From Octopus bimaculoides (lineage: Eukaryota), in NCBI RefSeq assembly GCF_001194135.2, contig NC_068992.1:2416711-2480710 (forward strand): a stretch of 64,000 bases of DNA, read 5' to 3'. The position numbers were made by a program, and so were the translations under genes. The notes under the pieces were generated by a model that ran no database searches, had not been told where the DNA came from, and saw nothing but the letters and a program-made list of their open reading frames with translations. Below are positions 39,386 to 53,006 of the stretch, piece after piece; the stretch's first letter is position 1, and every line of letters starts with the position of its first letter.

Positions 39386-39928
39386 TTGAGAGACAGTAGT
39401 ATAAGGAACAGAAGAAACATTGAGAAAAGCCAGTTTGTCTCTGAGCCAAGAATTCCTTCTTCCCCAACTCTTCACAGCTGAAGCTCTCTGCTCTCTTCTA
39501 CAAGTCCACCTTGGGTCCTCTCCCTGCCTTTTCTGCTTAATACTGTTGTTATTATTATTACTATCATCATCATCATTATCATTATTATTATTACTATCAT
39601 CATTAATATTATTATTATTATTATTATTATTATGAAACGATGAACATCATTCCAATTGTTTTAGTAGCATCCAGCAAGAAGCGCTGTAAGAGCAACAGTA
39701 CTGGTTGCATCATTAACAGCAGCAGCAGCAGCAGCAATATCTGCACAGATAGCTGTGATACCATCATCATCATCGTGATCATCATCATCACCATCATCAT
39801 CGTTATCGTCATCACTGTTACCATATGCTTGGTGTAGGAATGGTTTGATCATTATTATCGTTATCATTTGCCAACATAAAATTGGTCGCATCACCACCTT
39901 ATTCCTCCTCTTCCTCATATTCATTCTT

Positions 39929-39959
<31 letters not shown>

Positions 39960-40039
39960 CTACTGACATGTATATCAAAATAAGCATGGCATCAAGATCC
40001 AACATGACCTGCCAAATAACACATCATCATCACCATCGT

Positions 40040-40550
40040 CGTCGTCACCACCACCACCACCATTATCCCTGCCACCATCATCACCATCATTGTCATTGTC
40101 TTCATCACCACCACCATCACCACCATCACGACCACCACCACCATTATCCCTGCCACCATCATCATCATCATTGTCATTGTCCTCATCACNNNNNNNNNNN
40201 NNNNNNNNNNNNNNNNNNNNNNNNNNNNNNNNNNNNNNNNNNNNNNNNNNNNNNNNNNNNNNNNNNNNNNNNNNNNNNNNNNNNNNNNNNNNNNNNNNNN
40301 NNNNNNNNNNNNNNNNNNNNNNNNNNNNNNNNNNNNNNNNNNNNNNNNNNNNNNNNNNNNNNNNNNNNNNNNNNNNNNNNNNNNNNNNNNNNNNNNNNNC
40401 ACCACCACCACCATTATCCCTGCCACCATCATCACCATCATTGTCATTGTCTTCATCACCACCACCATCACCACCATCACGACCACCACCACCATTATCC
40501 CTGCCACCATCATCATCATCATTGTCATTGTCCTCATCACCACCACCACC
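40040..40550. repeat. 81-bp minisatellite built from CAC/CAT triplets, spanning a gap
   Basis: CATTATCCCTGCCACCATC at 40061, 40142, 40412 and 40493. Confidence 0.85.
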
Positions 40551-41984
40551 ATCTTCTCCCCACATGATTTGAAGCCTTTTTTTAAATGGTTCTTTTTTTT
40601 CCATTTTTTTTTTCTTATCCTATATATATAAGCATGAAGCATTAGATTTTAAGGATGTGGTGGCAGGGTGGGGAGCAGAGGATTTTTGAAATTATGTCTA
40701 TGATGCTCTATCTGAAGAGATAAAAGTGAAAATCAGGATTAATGATGCAAGTGATTTCTCCTCGCACCGTTTTCTTCTGGTAGGTGTTATAATCGATGGA
40801 ATCTATCGTAACTCTATAACTGATACTTTTAACAATTTCAGAAAGATTGAGGAGGTGAAATTGACACAGTTGATGAATTCAATTCACCATATTGATGTTT
40901 AATGAAAGATAGGTAGGATGAAGTTTGAACTCTAAGAATTATCAGATTACCTGTTCTATAATAATGATTACCTGTTCTATATTAATTATAAATTGCAAGG
41001 AGAGAAAATAAATATATGCAAACAAAACAAGAAAACGAGCAAAAAAAAAAATGAAGTTAAAGCTAACATCGTATCGTCCTCTGTAGCTTGTCAGATGAAA
41101 CAGAAGCTTAAATAAAATATTAATAAAAAGAGTTAAAGGAAGTTGTTTTCCAGGCTTTTAAGAAAAGGAAGAAAAAGGTTGAGATAAAAAGGGAAATGAA
41201 AATCACAAAGAGAAATGGGGCTGTTGTAAATTTAATAGAAAGCAATCCAGAAAATGAATTGGTTTTTATTTATTTTTCTCNNNNNNNNNNNNNNNNNNNN
41301 NNNNNNNNNNNNNNNNNNNNNNNNNNNNNNNNNNNNNNNNNNNNNNNNNNNNNNNNNNNNNNNNNNNNNNNNNNNNNNNNACATAAACACATACATAATT
41401 CAACATAAACACCATGTACCTGTATACACAGTCGCTTGGAACACACAGAAGCTCACCCAATCTACAATCAATGCAAACCCCTTATACACATCCCTTTGAT
41501 ATGCTCATTTAGAATTTAGATGCAGCCCTATTTCCCCGTTTCCCCTCTTTTCTGACTTAAATACGGCAGTTAACCTATTTATACACCTACCAAGCATTTC
41601 CATATTTTCATACCTGTGTTAATGAGGGAGCCTCTATAACCCTGAGTAATCAGCTAGAAATAACAGCCAACTTTCTCTCAAATCATATATTACTATCTGA
41701 AAAAAAAAAAAGGAAGGCAATATTGATAATGTGTTCATAGATATACTGTGTCTGAGAAAATCAATTATAGTCTGAGCTGAAACGCCTTTGATCTTGACGT
41801 TACTTGATCAGGCAATACTCAGGGTTAAACAACAACAACAATATATTGATGTTGGATCTGTTTATGGAAGGAGTAAACGCAGGACCTTTTGACAATGTTT
41901 TGAGGGTTTTGTCAGTTTATGACTTTTCCAGGGTATCCCGTCTGCCAAACCATTGATGTTGTATTCGTGCTTAAGCCAAGAGCA

Positions 41985-42205
41985 ATCTTAGTCCTGTGAA
42001 TGCCAAAGTAACTTCGCTAGTGCTGGTGCCACAGAAAGAGCATGCTGTACATTCTGTTAAGTTTTTAGCAATAGGAAGGGCATTCAGTTACAGAAACTTA
42101 GGCAAGGCAGATATTGGCACATGGTACAGCCTTCTGACATCAGATCTTGTCAAACTGTCCAACCAGTGCCAATGTAGAAGACAGGCATAAACTGATGATA
42201 ATGAT
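41985..42205 (+). mobile_element. Repeat family F, degenerate
   Basis: CTAGTGCTGGTGCCAC..AATAGGAAGGGCATTCAG..(TGA)n tail. Confidence 0.6.
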
Positions 42206-42210
42206 ATATA

Positions 42211-42385
42211 TCATCATCATCATCATCATCATCGTTTAACGTCCGTTTTCCATGCTGGCATGGGTTGGACAGTTTAACTGAGGTCCGGAGAGCCAGCAGC
42301 TGCACCAGGCTCCAATCTGATCTGGAAATGTTTCAGCAGCTGGGTGCCCTTCCTAACACCAACCACTCTGAGAGTGTAGTGGCTG
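42211..42385 (-). mobile_element. Repeat family F, tail-to-tail with the previous copy
   Basis: (CAT)n CGTTTAACGTCCGTTTTCCATGCTGGCATGGGTTGG..TGCCCTTCCTAACACCAACCAC. Confidence 0.8.
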
Positions 42386-42433
42386 CTATATCTATCTATC
42401 TATCTGTATATATATATATATATATATAAATAT

Positions 42434-42472
<39 letters not shown>

Positions 42473-43327
42473 CACACACACATTTGTATGTCTGCAAGTA
42501 TGTATGTGTAAGAATATACACATGCACACACATTCATGTACGCATAGTGTTTGAACATGGTGTGTGTGACTGTATATGTGTATGTGTAGAGCAGGGCGGG
42601 GAGGTGTGGGATTTCAGTTAGTCGTTACTATTTCTATGTTTGTAGTTAGTTAAATGATGGTAGTTGAATAATAAAACGCTACTGATACAAGTTCAACAGT
42701 TCACAAAACAAGTGTTGACTGCGTAATAGAAAATATTATTATTGCTGTTGTTGTTGTTTTTGTTAATATTATTATTATTAATATTAATTATTATTATTAT
42801 TAATATTATTATTATCATCAACATTGTTGATCGTTTCCGATACATATATAATAGCAAATCACGAATGAAACATCAGTTGGAAACCAAGTCTTGTTATTGA
42901 ACCAGTCCACATGGTGAAGCAGACAGATTTTCCCAGGAATTCTTTCTACAAATACACAAATACAACAAGGGATTATATTTGGAGCCACAGAACAGATTTA
43001 TTTCTATGATTATTTGTATGTGTAAGTTGGTGGGGAACTGACGGTGGGTGGAGGAGGTAAAGTATTACATAAAACTGTACATTTCTGTGTCTGTCTGTAT
43101 GTGCATATGCACACATTCACACACACGTGCACATTATATATATATATATACTTATATATATATGCACAGAAATAGAGAGACAGAGAGATATATATAGATG
43201 GATAGATTTACATATATTTACATATAAGGTGGGGGTAGAATAATACAAAATTGTCAGTGTATGCATAGATATATGTGTATGCTTGAGTAGGAGTGGTGAT
43301 TTAATGTGAACATTTATTTGAATACAT

Positions 43328-43363
<36 letters not shown>

Positions 43364-44085
43364 CTGTGTGCAGGAGAGGAAGAGAGAGACAGTGTCTTTG
43401 GTTGACTTTTGCTGGCTTTTGAACAGATGTGATCAAAATATGAACTGTTGCTCTCAATTTGATTTACAGATCATATTGATTTAAGCTGGCTTTGTTGTTT
43501 ATTCTCTGCTCTAGGGTGGCGGGGTGTGGAGTATCATTACACACGCTCACATATACAGGCATACATATATTTAAATACATACATACATACATGAATATGT
43601 GTGTGTGTGTGTGTGTGATATGTATCTATATATTCATATATATATAAACATATATATATATATATATATATAGACCCACATACAAATATATACATGTAAT
43701 ATACGCACACACATATATAGATAAATAAATGACATAAGTATATAAGCTGTAAGAGTAGAAACAAATGAAAAACAGTACAATTCTAGTTTTGATCTCAGTT
43801 TGTCATAAGCATTAGAGACATTAAAACAAATATTTTCTATAGTTAAGACAAGAGGAATTTCTCCCAATGCATTGTAAGGAACCATCCTATGTCTAAAAAC
43901 CATAGAAAGGAACAGGGTTTTGGTACAAACAATTTTGATGCATGATATTATATTGAATATAGAAGCTATATTAGGAAAGAATACAGAAGGGTGGCAATTA
44001 TGGTTGTGCACTGGTGTAATAACAAGCTTTCCTGGACTCAAATTTCATAAATTATAAACCATAAACCAAAATTCATAAACCATTT

Positions 44086-44395
44086 TAGTAGAAAGTGGGT
44101 TATACATCTTTAGATTGTATACCTGACTTTCTACTAAAAAATTAAAGAAATTGACGGAACGCTGAACTCCAGACTAAACAACTTAAACAACATTTATTTA
44201 GGTGATAAACATACATATCTTTTAGTTATACATCTTTAGAGGTGAGAATAACGAGCTGTCGAGTATAAGACCGAAAGATGTAGGGACAGCTTTTAAACGC
44301 ACGTCCATGCTCAATCACTGGCCAGCGTGAAAGAGAATGAATTGAGCGGGAAACGCTTGCTTTATTAATTCTACGCATGCGCAGGCGTTACTACA
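44086..44395. mobile_element. Unclassified insertion: 51-bp terminal hairpin plus a 117-bp TG...CA block
   Basis: TAGTAGAAAGT / ACTTTCTACTA hairpin 44086-44136; TGTAG...CTACA 44279-44395 with AATAAA on the minus strand; both flanks are CATAAA(C/T)CAAAATT repeats. Confidence 0.35.
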
Positions 44396-45699
44396 CCATA
44401 AATCAAAATTTATAGATCATAAATCAAAATTCATAAATCTGTGCCAATATCAATATGTTTGAGGTGCTGCAAATTATCTAGGTTACATGTTGGCACAGAG
44501 ATGATGTAACAGAGATGATATGTAAAACATATTAATGTCCCTTGTAGACACACTGTTAAATACGTTGCAAGCACTTGGTAACCTCACTAGTGCTGGTGCC
44601 CTGAAAAACCTTTGATGCCCTCAAGATATTACTTCATTGCCAAATACATTTCTTAATCAACACATTCCATCTTTCAGGCAAGTTTCCTTAAGATAAAAAT
44701 CCTTAAACTGGTTAGAATCAAATAAAACCATTGAGCACTAGCTACCACATTTGGTGTCTTGGTGTTTGGCAGAGCAAGTGAAATATTGACTGTTGAAGCC
44801 ATCATCATCTCTGAGCAATGAATTTGGGGATTTTATCTGATACAAATTCACTTGAGAGGGAGAATGCAATGGCTAACAGATACAGGGTAACAGTGCTCAC
44901 TGCTTAGTGTTGTCACTCTGTATTTTATTTACAGGGAGCTGTCAACTGGGAAAACCAGTCATTGTACAGTGATGGGAATATAATAAATGTCAGTTCACAT
45001 CTGCCTTTCTAGTTTCTGTTGTTGAAGTGGAAACAACCACTCCAAAATGCATGCATCCAACAGTCTGGTTAGGAGACACTACAAACTGACTCAGTATGTT
45101 TACACCTATTTATCATTTACAGTGAGAAATTTTCTCTATGACAAAATACAGTGTATGGTTAAGAGATATATTTAGTAAGAGAATAATATTCTGAGCCTGT
45201 TGAAGGCTTCATCAAGTGTAACTTTTATTTAATGTTTTTCTTTAAGCTTTGAAAAGTACATTTTCAAGCTGAATATTTCATTGTTGAAACTATGTGTTTG
45301 TAATATTTATATCTTTTTCAATCAATCATTTGGTAAACAGTTGATTTTCACCTTCTTTTTGTACACGCAGTTGTGTATTTTGATTTTGTATTGTTTCCCT
45401 TCTGTTTACCTTTGTAGAGTTTGGATATGTGACATATCTATATTTAGCTGCCATTTTAGATGTAGGAATGTAATATGTTGAAATAAATAAATTTTCAAAG
45501 TTTATAAAACAAACCCTTTTTGATATCAACCCCATATTATTGGGGCCAGAGTTTCCTTAGTTAATCATAGTCCTTTTATGTGAGTGTTCCAAAAAAAATT
45601 TCATTTGCTTATTGTTTGAATGAATCATGCCACTACATGAGTCAGTAATAATGATGATGATGATGATGATGATGATGATATCATAAATAATAATAATAA

Positions 45700-45923
45700 C
45701 AATGGTTTCAAATTTTGGTACAATGCCAGAAATTTAGGGGGAGGGGCTAAGTCAATCAGATAGATTGACCCCAGTGCGTAACTGGTATGTATTTTATCAC
45801 GTTAGAAAGGACAAAAGGCAAAGTTGACCTTGGCGGTATTTGAACTTGGAACTTTTAAAGACAGACAAAATCCCACCATGTATTTTGCCTGGCATGCTAA
45901 TGATTCTGCCAGCTCACTGCCTT
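45700..45923 (-). mobile_element. SINE family A, CpG-decayed
   Basis: Reverse complement of head, core and tail. Confidence 0.85.
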
Positions 45924-45929
45924 CAAGAA

Positions 45930-46260
45930 ATGTAATATTGAAAATGGTCATGTCCTTGGGAGAGAAATTCTCAAGATCAAGAACATCATCAAAGAGGGAG
46001 TAAGAGCTTTTGAAACCAGTCGGATTGCCAAACAAGAAGTAAAGATGAGGTGCAGAAAAGACGGACAAAAACAACCAAGAAGGGAACATCCATTTGGAAA
46101 TATTAGTTCCACTTGTGAAAGGAACTTCTGGGCAAGAATTGGATCCGTTATTCATCTCAGAATCTCTCAATAACTAAAAAGAGACAAAAATCAAAATTGA
46201 AAAACAAGAGCAAAATCCATCATCCTCAATCTTGAGGTTTAACCACAACGACAACAATGT
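45930..46260 (+). mobile_element. RTE (BovB-like) LINE ORF 3' end
   Basis: IIKEGVRAFETSRIAKQEVK...STCERNFWARIGSVIHLR* resembles the terminal CxxCxRxFxARIGLxSHxRxH motif. Confidence 0.7.
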
Positions 46261-46597
46261 TGTGTATATTCATAAATACAAAAGTGTGTGTGTGTGTGTG
46301 TGTGTGTGATTTTAAAAGCTAGCCTAATTCTTTTCAATTTGTGGTTCACTTCTGAAAAGCTGCGAGTTATTTTTATTTATGTATTTAAGTATGACTTACG
46401 ATGTAGCTCTTCGAAACGCTGGTGTTAAAACGGGGGCAGCTGATGAAGAAGAATGTTCTCTATGTGGCTTGTGTGTTTTCTCATCTACGTTTTGTTTGCA
46501 ATGTCCTGTACCCAGATATGCACCTATACATACAGGTGGATGTCGGTATGCACATACCTGTACGTATATATGCATATACTCATTTACTATTTGTTTT

Positions 46598-46648
<51 letters not shown>

Positions 46649-46955
46649 CTATTTTTATACGTTCTACTTTTAAGTAATAATAACTAAAAATAACTACATG
46701 GCTAATTCTATATATTTTTAAGTACATTCATTAATTAAAAACTAAGATATTAATCTCTTCGTGAACCCAAAGTATTATTAGGTCAATATTTCGATTGTTT
46801 CTTTAAGTAGCAAAACATATTTCATTAATATGCTTATAATACACTTCATACTGCTTTTGACATATTTTAATTAATAAACATTGATTGTTTTCAAATCATT
46901 CTTTAATTTTTCTTACTGAATATATGTATTCGAAACCTACTCACACATTATTATT

Positions 46956-46990
<35 letters not shown>

Positions 46991-46992
46991 TG

Positions 46993-47036
<44 letters not shown>

Positions 47037-47191
47037 GCTAGTAGTAGTAGTATAAGGTGGTGAGCTGGCTAAGGCAGTGAGATGGCAGAATTATTAGCAC
47101 AGTGGGTGAAATGTTTATTATTAGTATTATAACTTTCTTCTTCTTCTTCTTCTTCTTCTTCTTCTTCTTCTCCTTCTTCTTCTCCTTCATC

Positions 47192-47198
<7 letters not shown>

Positions 47199-47226
<28 letters not shown>

Positions 47227-47762
47227 GAGTGAGAAAGCAGTGCATGGCCATCAAAGTGACACTGGAGTAATATATACGAAGCCCAGTATACCCATCAGAT
47301 AAGGGTACACCAGGCACATGCATCACAACCATATGTGCACGACATGTTAATCGCATATCAAAATAAACAGCACATGACCTTGCACACTGGGCCCAGTTTG
47401 AATTTTCTTCAAGTCAAGTAGCCCATCCCACTCAAAAGGTCCCTGAATAAGGGTTGTTTAAGGATGTTGAGCAAAACACCCATGTTTCCAGAGGTGAATT
47501 ATTCAAACCCAAAAGAATTCCTCTCAACACATAGCTATGATGCTCCCACACTACTTCAGCTAGAGATGAGAGATGCACATATCGTCAGCCACTAAGGGAC
47601 ATACTCAACTAGTTAAGGTCAAACAGCTGATAACCAAATCTGTGATATTGAGCAGAATATATGCTGTAGCCCATCTTTTATACCAAGACAAAACAATGTA
47701 CATGATAACACTTCCAATCAGTTAAGATCAGAAGCCATGATAGCCACTGCCTGGTGCTGCAC
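47199..47762 (-). mobile_element. Non-coding retroposon 3' segment with (TAA)n tail (unclassified)
   Basis: GC-richer ~540-bp block ending CTCACTC(AAT)n on the minus strand; recognised from memory as a frequent octopus repeat. Confidence 0.5.
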
Positions 47763-48439
47763 CTGGGCATCTATTATTATCATTAATATTATTTTGATGA
47801 CAATTTTGGCAGCTGCACTGATGACAATGAGGATGATATATATACATTTATTTACTGAAGATGCAATTTCAAAATACATAACTCTTGAAGTTCATGAAAC
47901 CAATTTTAGGAGAAAATATGAAGAATAAAACAGGAAACTTCTTTACTGTGAGCATTCAACATAAAGAACAAAATAAATAAAGGCTGTGTTTGGCTGTAAG
48001 AAACAAAGACAAGAATAACATAAATAACGGTAAATGTGACTTAGTTGGCAATGACAGTGGCAGGTGAAAGCCTTACCTAAATGTCACAATCGTCATATAT
48101 TATAAATATGCTGAAAAATCAAGAGGAATGAAGGAGAAGACCAAGGAAGAAAAGAGGAAATAAGAGAGACAGCAACGATGAGGATGACGGGGGCAGGGAT
48201 ATTATCTCTTCATATCTTAGAAGTCTTATGACTATAATCTGTTCATTCATTAATCAGTCATTAATCACAAGTGAATAATATTTTAGTGAGATGAAGAATT
48301 TCATACACAAAATACGAGGTTAATCCAGACATACAAAGAAATAGGTAAACGATGTTGGTTCTTTCACCAAATGAATGGAATTAGTTGAGTTAGTGTTCAG
48401 CTGATGTTGTTTTCGTTGTTGTATAAAGCTGAGGAAGAA

Positions 48440-49000
48440 ATGTGAAAAACAGTAAAACAGTATCAAAAGCAGTAAAACAAATAAGAACGACAGAAAGGAA
48501 TAGGAAAACAGCAAAGAATGGGGGAAACAGAAAAGAATTTTAAAAAAAAACAGAAATGAATAGCAAAACAGAAAAGAATCAGATAAACAGGACAGAATAA
48601 GGAAAACAGAAAAATAGGGAAAAAATAATGAATAATAAAAACAGCAAAAGAATAAGTAAAACAGAAAGGAATAGAAAAACAGCAAAGAATCAGCTAACCA
48701 GAGCAGAATAGGAAAACAGGAGTGGGGGGGCGAAAAGAATACAAAAGCCAGGGAGGGGTAGGAAAACAGAAAAGGATGGTGGAAAACAAAAAAGAATACA
48801 AAAACAGAAAGGAATAGGAAAACAGAAAAGGATGGATAAAACAATAACGAATTGGAAAACAGAAAAGAAAAGGAAAATCAGTAGAGAATAAGAAAAACAA
48901 AGAATAGAAAAAGCAGAAAGGAACAGGGAAAATAAAAAAAAGAATAGGAAAAAGAAAAGAATAGAAAAAACAGAAAAGCTGGTAGAATATTGGACTAATT
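48440..49000. repeat. Degenerate purine-rich repeat (AAAACAGAA / GGAATAGG units)
   Basis: Directly visible strand-asymmetric low-complexity array. Confidence 0.85.
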
Positions 49001-49063
49001 GGTAAACAAAAGTTCAAATGTCTTTTGTTGGGAAGTGGAGAAGAACAATTAATTCCACTTTAA

Positions 49064-49286
49064 CCTTTTTGATACCAACATGGCTGAAACTGCCTCTGGC
49101 TCTGCAGTACAAATATCTTGTCTTTCATAAGTTCTGAATTAAAATTTTCCAGTAAACCTTAGTCACAATTTATGTTCCTAACACTAGTTGAATGATAACT
49201 GAGTTATTTTACTAAATTCTTTGTTTTATTTAAAATGAATTGAAAGAAACACAGAGCATCTCAACAGAAATATGCTAACAAGAGGA
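49064..49286 (-). mobile_element. piggyBac-like MITE, second copy of the 21866 family
   Basis: TTAA at 49060-63 and 49287-90; internal sequence is the reverse complement of 21866-22080. Confidence 0.85.
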
Positions 49287-50524
49287 TTAACTCAGTTCAC
49301 CTCATTCACATCATCTGGGTATGTTACAATAGATTGATTCTCAACACATTGTGAGATTTACCACCAATCTACTTCTTGCTATGAAATCAGAAGTACTAAC
49401 TTTGCAAACGTTTATTCTACCTGAAAAATATTATATTTGTCGGTAGCTTTACTTAAAGTTCTGGTACTTTTACTTTGGTGATAACATTAGCAAGTAATGT
49501 TTGTTACTAGTTGCAAATAATTATTAACAGTATTTTCATCTTCAAAGACCCAATGAAATAACTGCAGTAGAGAAAGAATTTATGAATACAGACACAAAAA
49601 TCTAATATTCATGTACACTTAGTTATAATTGGGGTATATTTCTGAGTGGTGCTACTAAGTAGAACCTCGTACAAAAATATAAAGAATTCTATGAAATGGA
49701 ATTGTTGATTATGAGAACAAGTCCAAAACATTAAGTGTAACGAATTACTGGCTGTTGTTTATCATATATCTTGCTGCTGCTGCTGCTGTTGTTGTTGCTG
49801 TTTATAATAAAGATTTAATGGGGCATCACATAAAACTGTTTTTATATTTTCATTCATTCATATTGAATTACCAAGAAAGAGTCAATGAACTAGCATCATT
49901 TGAATATTCATATATTCTTCACATCATTACCTAATTCTTGGAATTGGTTCAAATAGTTGAAAGTTAGCTTTCATGATATTTAAATATAAGCAAATGATTT
50001 TCCCATTCCTTGTGATTGGTATTTCGTACATGGAAACTGTTTAGAAGCCAAGCATGTATCTACGTATGTGCATGTATCTACGTATGTGCATGTATCTACG
50101 TATGTGTCTGTCTTTTGCCAATACACACACACGTGTGTGTGTGTGTGTGTGTGTGCGTGTGAGGAGAGAATGTAATAATTGGCAATAAATCATTACTTTT
50201 CAACAGAAGATATTTTTGCACTAGCAAATCTTCTTTTGTCCTTGAAGTTCTCTTCAGTTCATTGGAAACGCATAATCAACATGGCAATTTTTCATTTATT
50301 GTCATATAAAACAAAATTGTAGAATTCAGTGTCTCACATTTAGATGTGCCTCAGTGAACTTCACCTCCTCTTCTGCCTGCTTCCATGGTTCAAGAATCGC
50401 TAAATTACTAAGGTTAAAGGTATTAGCTACACCCGACACATCTCACTCCCAACTTCTGGGGCAACGCCTTTTCCATTTTGTCTGTTAAGGCCATGAGAAA
50501 TTTTCTTTTTTTTTTGTTTTTTTT

Positions 50525-50725
50525 TTGTTTCAGTCATTTGACAGCGACCATACTGGAACACCAGTCTGGAGGATTTTAGTTAAACAAATCAACCCCAGGA
50601 CTTATTATTTAAGCCTGGTACTTATTCTATTGGTCTCTTTTGCTGAATCGCTAAGTTACTGAAATGTAAACACACCAACATCAGTTGTCAAGCGGTGATG
50701 GGGAGGGGACATATACAGACATACA

Positions 50726-50781
<56 letters not shown>

Positions 50782-50917
50782 ATGGACTTCTTTCAATTTC
50801 TGTCTACCAAATCCACGCACAAGGCTATAGTAGAAGACACTTGTCACACAGTGGGATTGAACCCGGAACCATGTGGTTGGGAAGTATGCTTCTTACCATG
50901 CAGCCACAACTGTGCCT
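50525..50917 (-). mobile_element. SINE family B, full length with internal (CA)n
   Basis: Both halves are homologous to 14217-14820 in reverse orientation. Confidence 0.85.
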
Positions 50918-51769
50918 TAATAAAGATATAAAAACAAGAGAATGTAATATACTACCAAAGTGTCTTTGATAATAAAACCAGAGCACCATGCCGGTAATAC
51001 CCAGCAATGCATAAACCTATGACAATATGATAAATTAGCAGAATCTCCTCAAATGAATTATCCACAACAGGAACCCTCATGTTCGATGCCCTAATTCTTT
51101 ACACAAAATGCCTTTCAATAGTAGAAGCAGAGCTACAGCTAGAATAGTGATCGAATGATTCTTCAATTAGCTAATACTTGCATGCTGTCAGTTTACTAAA
51201 GCAGAGTTAACAAGGGCTGTTCTTCGATAACAAAAACACACAACAGCACAAAAAAAGAAAAACTGGAGAAACACTGTTAATGAGACAAAAATGAATTACT
51301 ATAAACCTCATATGAGAAAGCTATTTTGTAACATTGCTGCTGCTACTGCTGCTACTGCTGCTTCTGGATTTTAATGTTAGCTTGACAATAAAGAAAAAGT
51401 CAGTTTTACAGATGGTGTGAAGCTGACTCTGATCTGTTTCATTGACTTTTACTTGACAATATCATTAAATTGTCATTTAATACTGGATAACGCTTTCAAA
51501 GATTCTCTCTTGTCAGCAATAATTAAAGACAAGCAATAAAATATGAAAAACTCGAATTGGTCTTATTCTTTTAGCGTTTCTCCCCTTTCTCTCTTCCTAT
51601 CTTAAATCATTCCCATAACAGGTGCTTCTGAGTTGCACACAACTACAAATACATTTTGTTTCTATTTTTATTTTAAAATGTGTCACTGATTTACAATAGA
51701 AATATGACTTCATATAATGAGTTATAGCCATGCTATATCTTCTATATTATTATTATTATTATTATTATT

Positions 51770-52570
51770 TAGTAGTCTTATTTTTATAACGTGCTTTCAC
51801 TTCACTACCAAGCGCAGCTCTGTGTGCCTTAGGCATGTGCTGTGGTTTACTGTGATGCTCTTATGGTTACTGTATTGAAAGTGTTTTGCGTAGGATGTGT
51901 GCAGTGCATAGTAGTGCTATTTTCTGTATGTTATATATATTTGTTAGTCCTTGTGTTTTTGTTATGTCTTTGTCTGAATATTTTTTTATTATACCTAAGG
52001 CGCCTACTATGATAGGAATTGTTTCTGTTTTTAGATTCCCCGTTCGAGTTACCTCTGTTTCCAGGTCTTTGTATTCTGAAAGTTTCTCCATCTGTTGGTA
52101 TTGATATATCAATTAGAAAGCATTTTTTTCCTTCATGATCACTGACAACTATATTTGGCCTATTGGCCTTAATTTCTCTATCTATGTGTGTTGGCATATC
52201 CATAGTATTGTTGCTTTCTCGTTTTCTGTGACCTTTTCTGGCATGTACTTATACCATCTTTTTTCTATTGTTATTCCATAGTGTTGGCATAGCTTCCAGT
52301 GTATATAGGTCCCAACTCTGTCGTGTCTGTGAATATATTCCTTCTTAGCCAGGACTGGGCAGCCAGAGATAATATGATTTATTATTTCTTGTCCATCTCC
52401 ACATATTCTACAGTTACTTGTTATGTTTCCTTTCATTATATGTTTTTGGTAATTTCTGGTGGGGAGGCTTTGGTCTTGTGCAGCAATTAAAAATCCTTCA
52501 GTCTCTGCTTTGAGTCCTGAGCTTCTCAGCCATTGCTGGAATTTTGCATTGCTTATTTCTTTTGCGTTCA
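51770..52570 (-). mobile_element. 5'-truncated R4/Dong-clade non-LTR retrotransposon (CCHC + restriction-like endonuclease), inactivated
   Basis: LKAETEGFLIAAQDQSL, CRICGDGQEIINHIISGC, RHDRV, KANRPNIVV..FLIDISIP, YKDL, IVGALG; two frameshifts; (TAA)n on both sides. Confidence 0.92.
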
Positions 52571-52975
52571 TTATTATTATTATTATAATTATTATTATTA
52601 TTATTATAATTATATGATCTCCTTCTACACTTATTATCTCATGGTATTCTGACACAGATGTTTGGTATGCTAAACAGTACCTTTAAGAACTTTTAACAAT
52701 GGTCTTGTAACTCCAGGCTGAAGTTGGTCGACTAGTGACTACAGCATCATACACATTTAGACACACAAATACATATATAAAAATCTTCATGCATACACTT
52801 ACTCACTCATACATATACATGCATACATACATTTTTATCAGTACATGCGTGTGAGTATGTGTATGTGTGCTAGCATACATGCATATATATATATATATAT
52901 ATATATACATAAATATGTGTAAGTATATATTAACATGTGTGCACATGCACACATATATGTGTCTGTGTGAGTGTG

Positions 52976-53006
<31 letters not shown>

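Noticed and set aside
38829-39475. Mucin-like Thr/Ala (211 aa) and Val/Ala (186 aa) ORFs
   Set aside because: Several frames are open simply because the triplet mosaic lacks stops; there is no signal peptide or recognisable flanking domain.
46408-46452. Permuted hammerhead (TCTTC-GAAAC...CTGATGA-A-GAAGA)
   Set aside because: A 5-bp stem II is possible, but the cleavage triplet reads GCU and no stem I forms.
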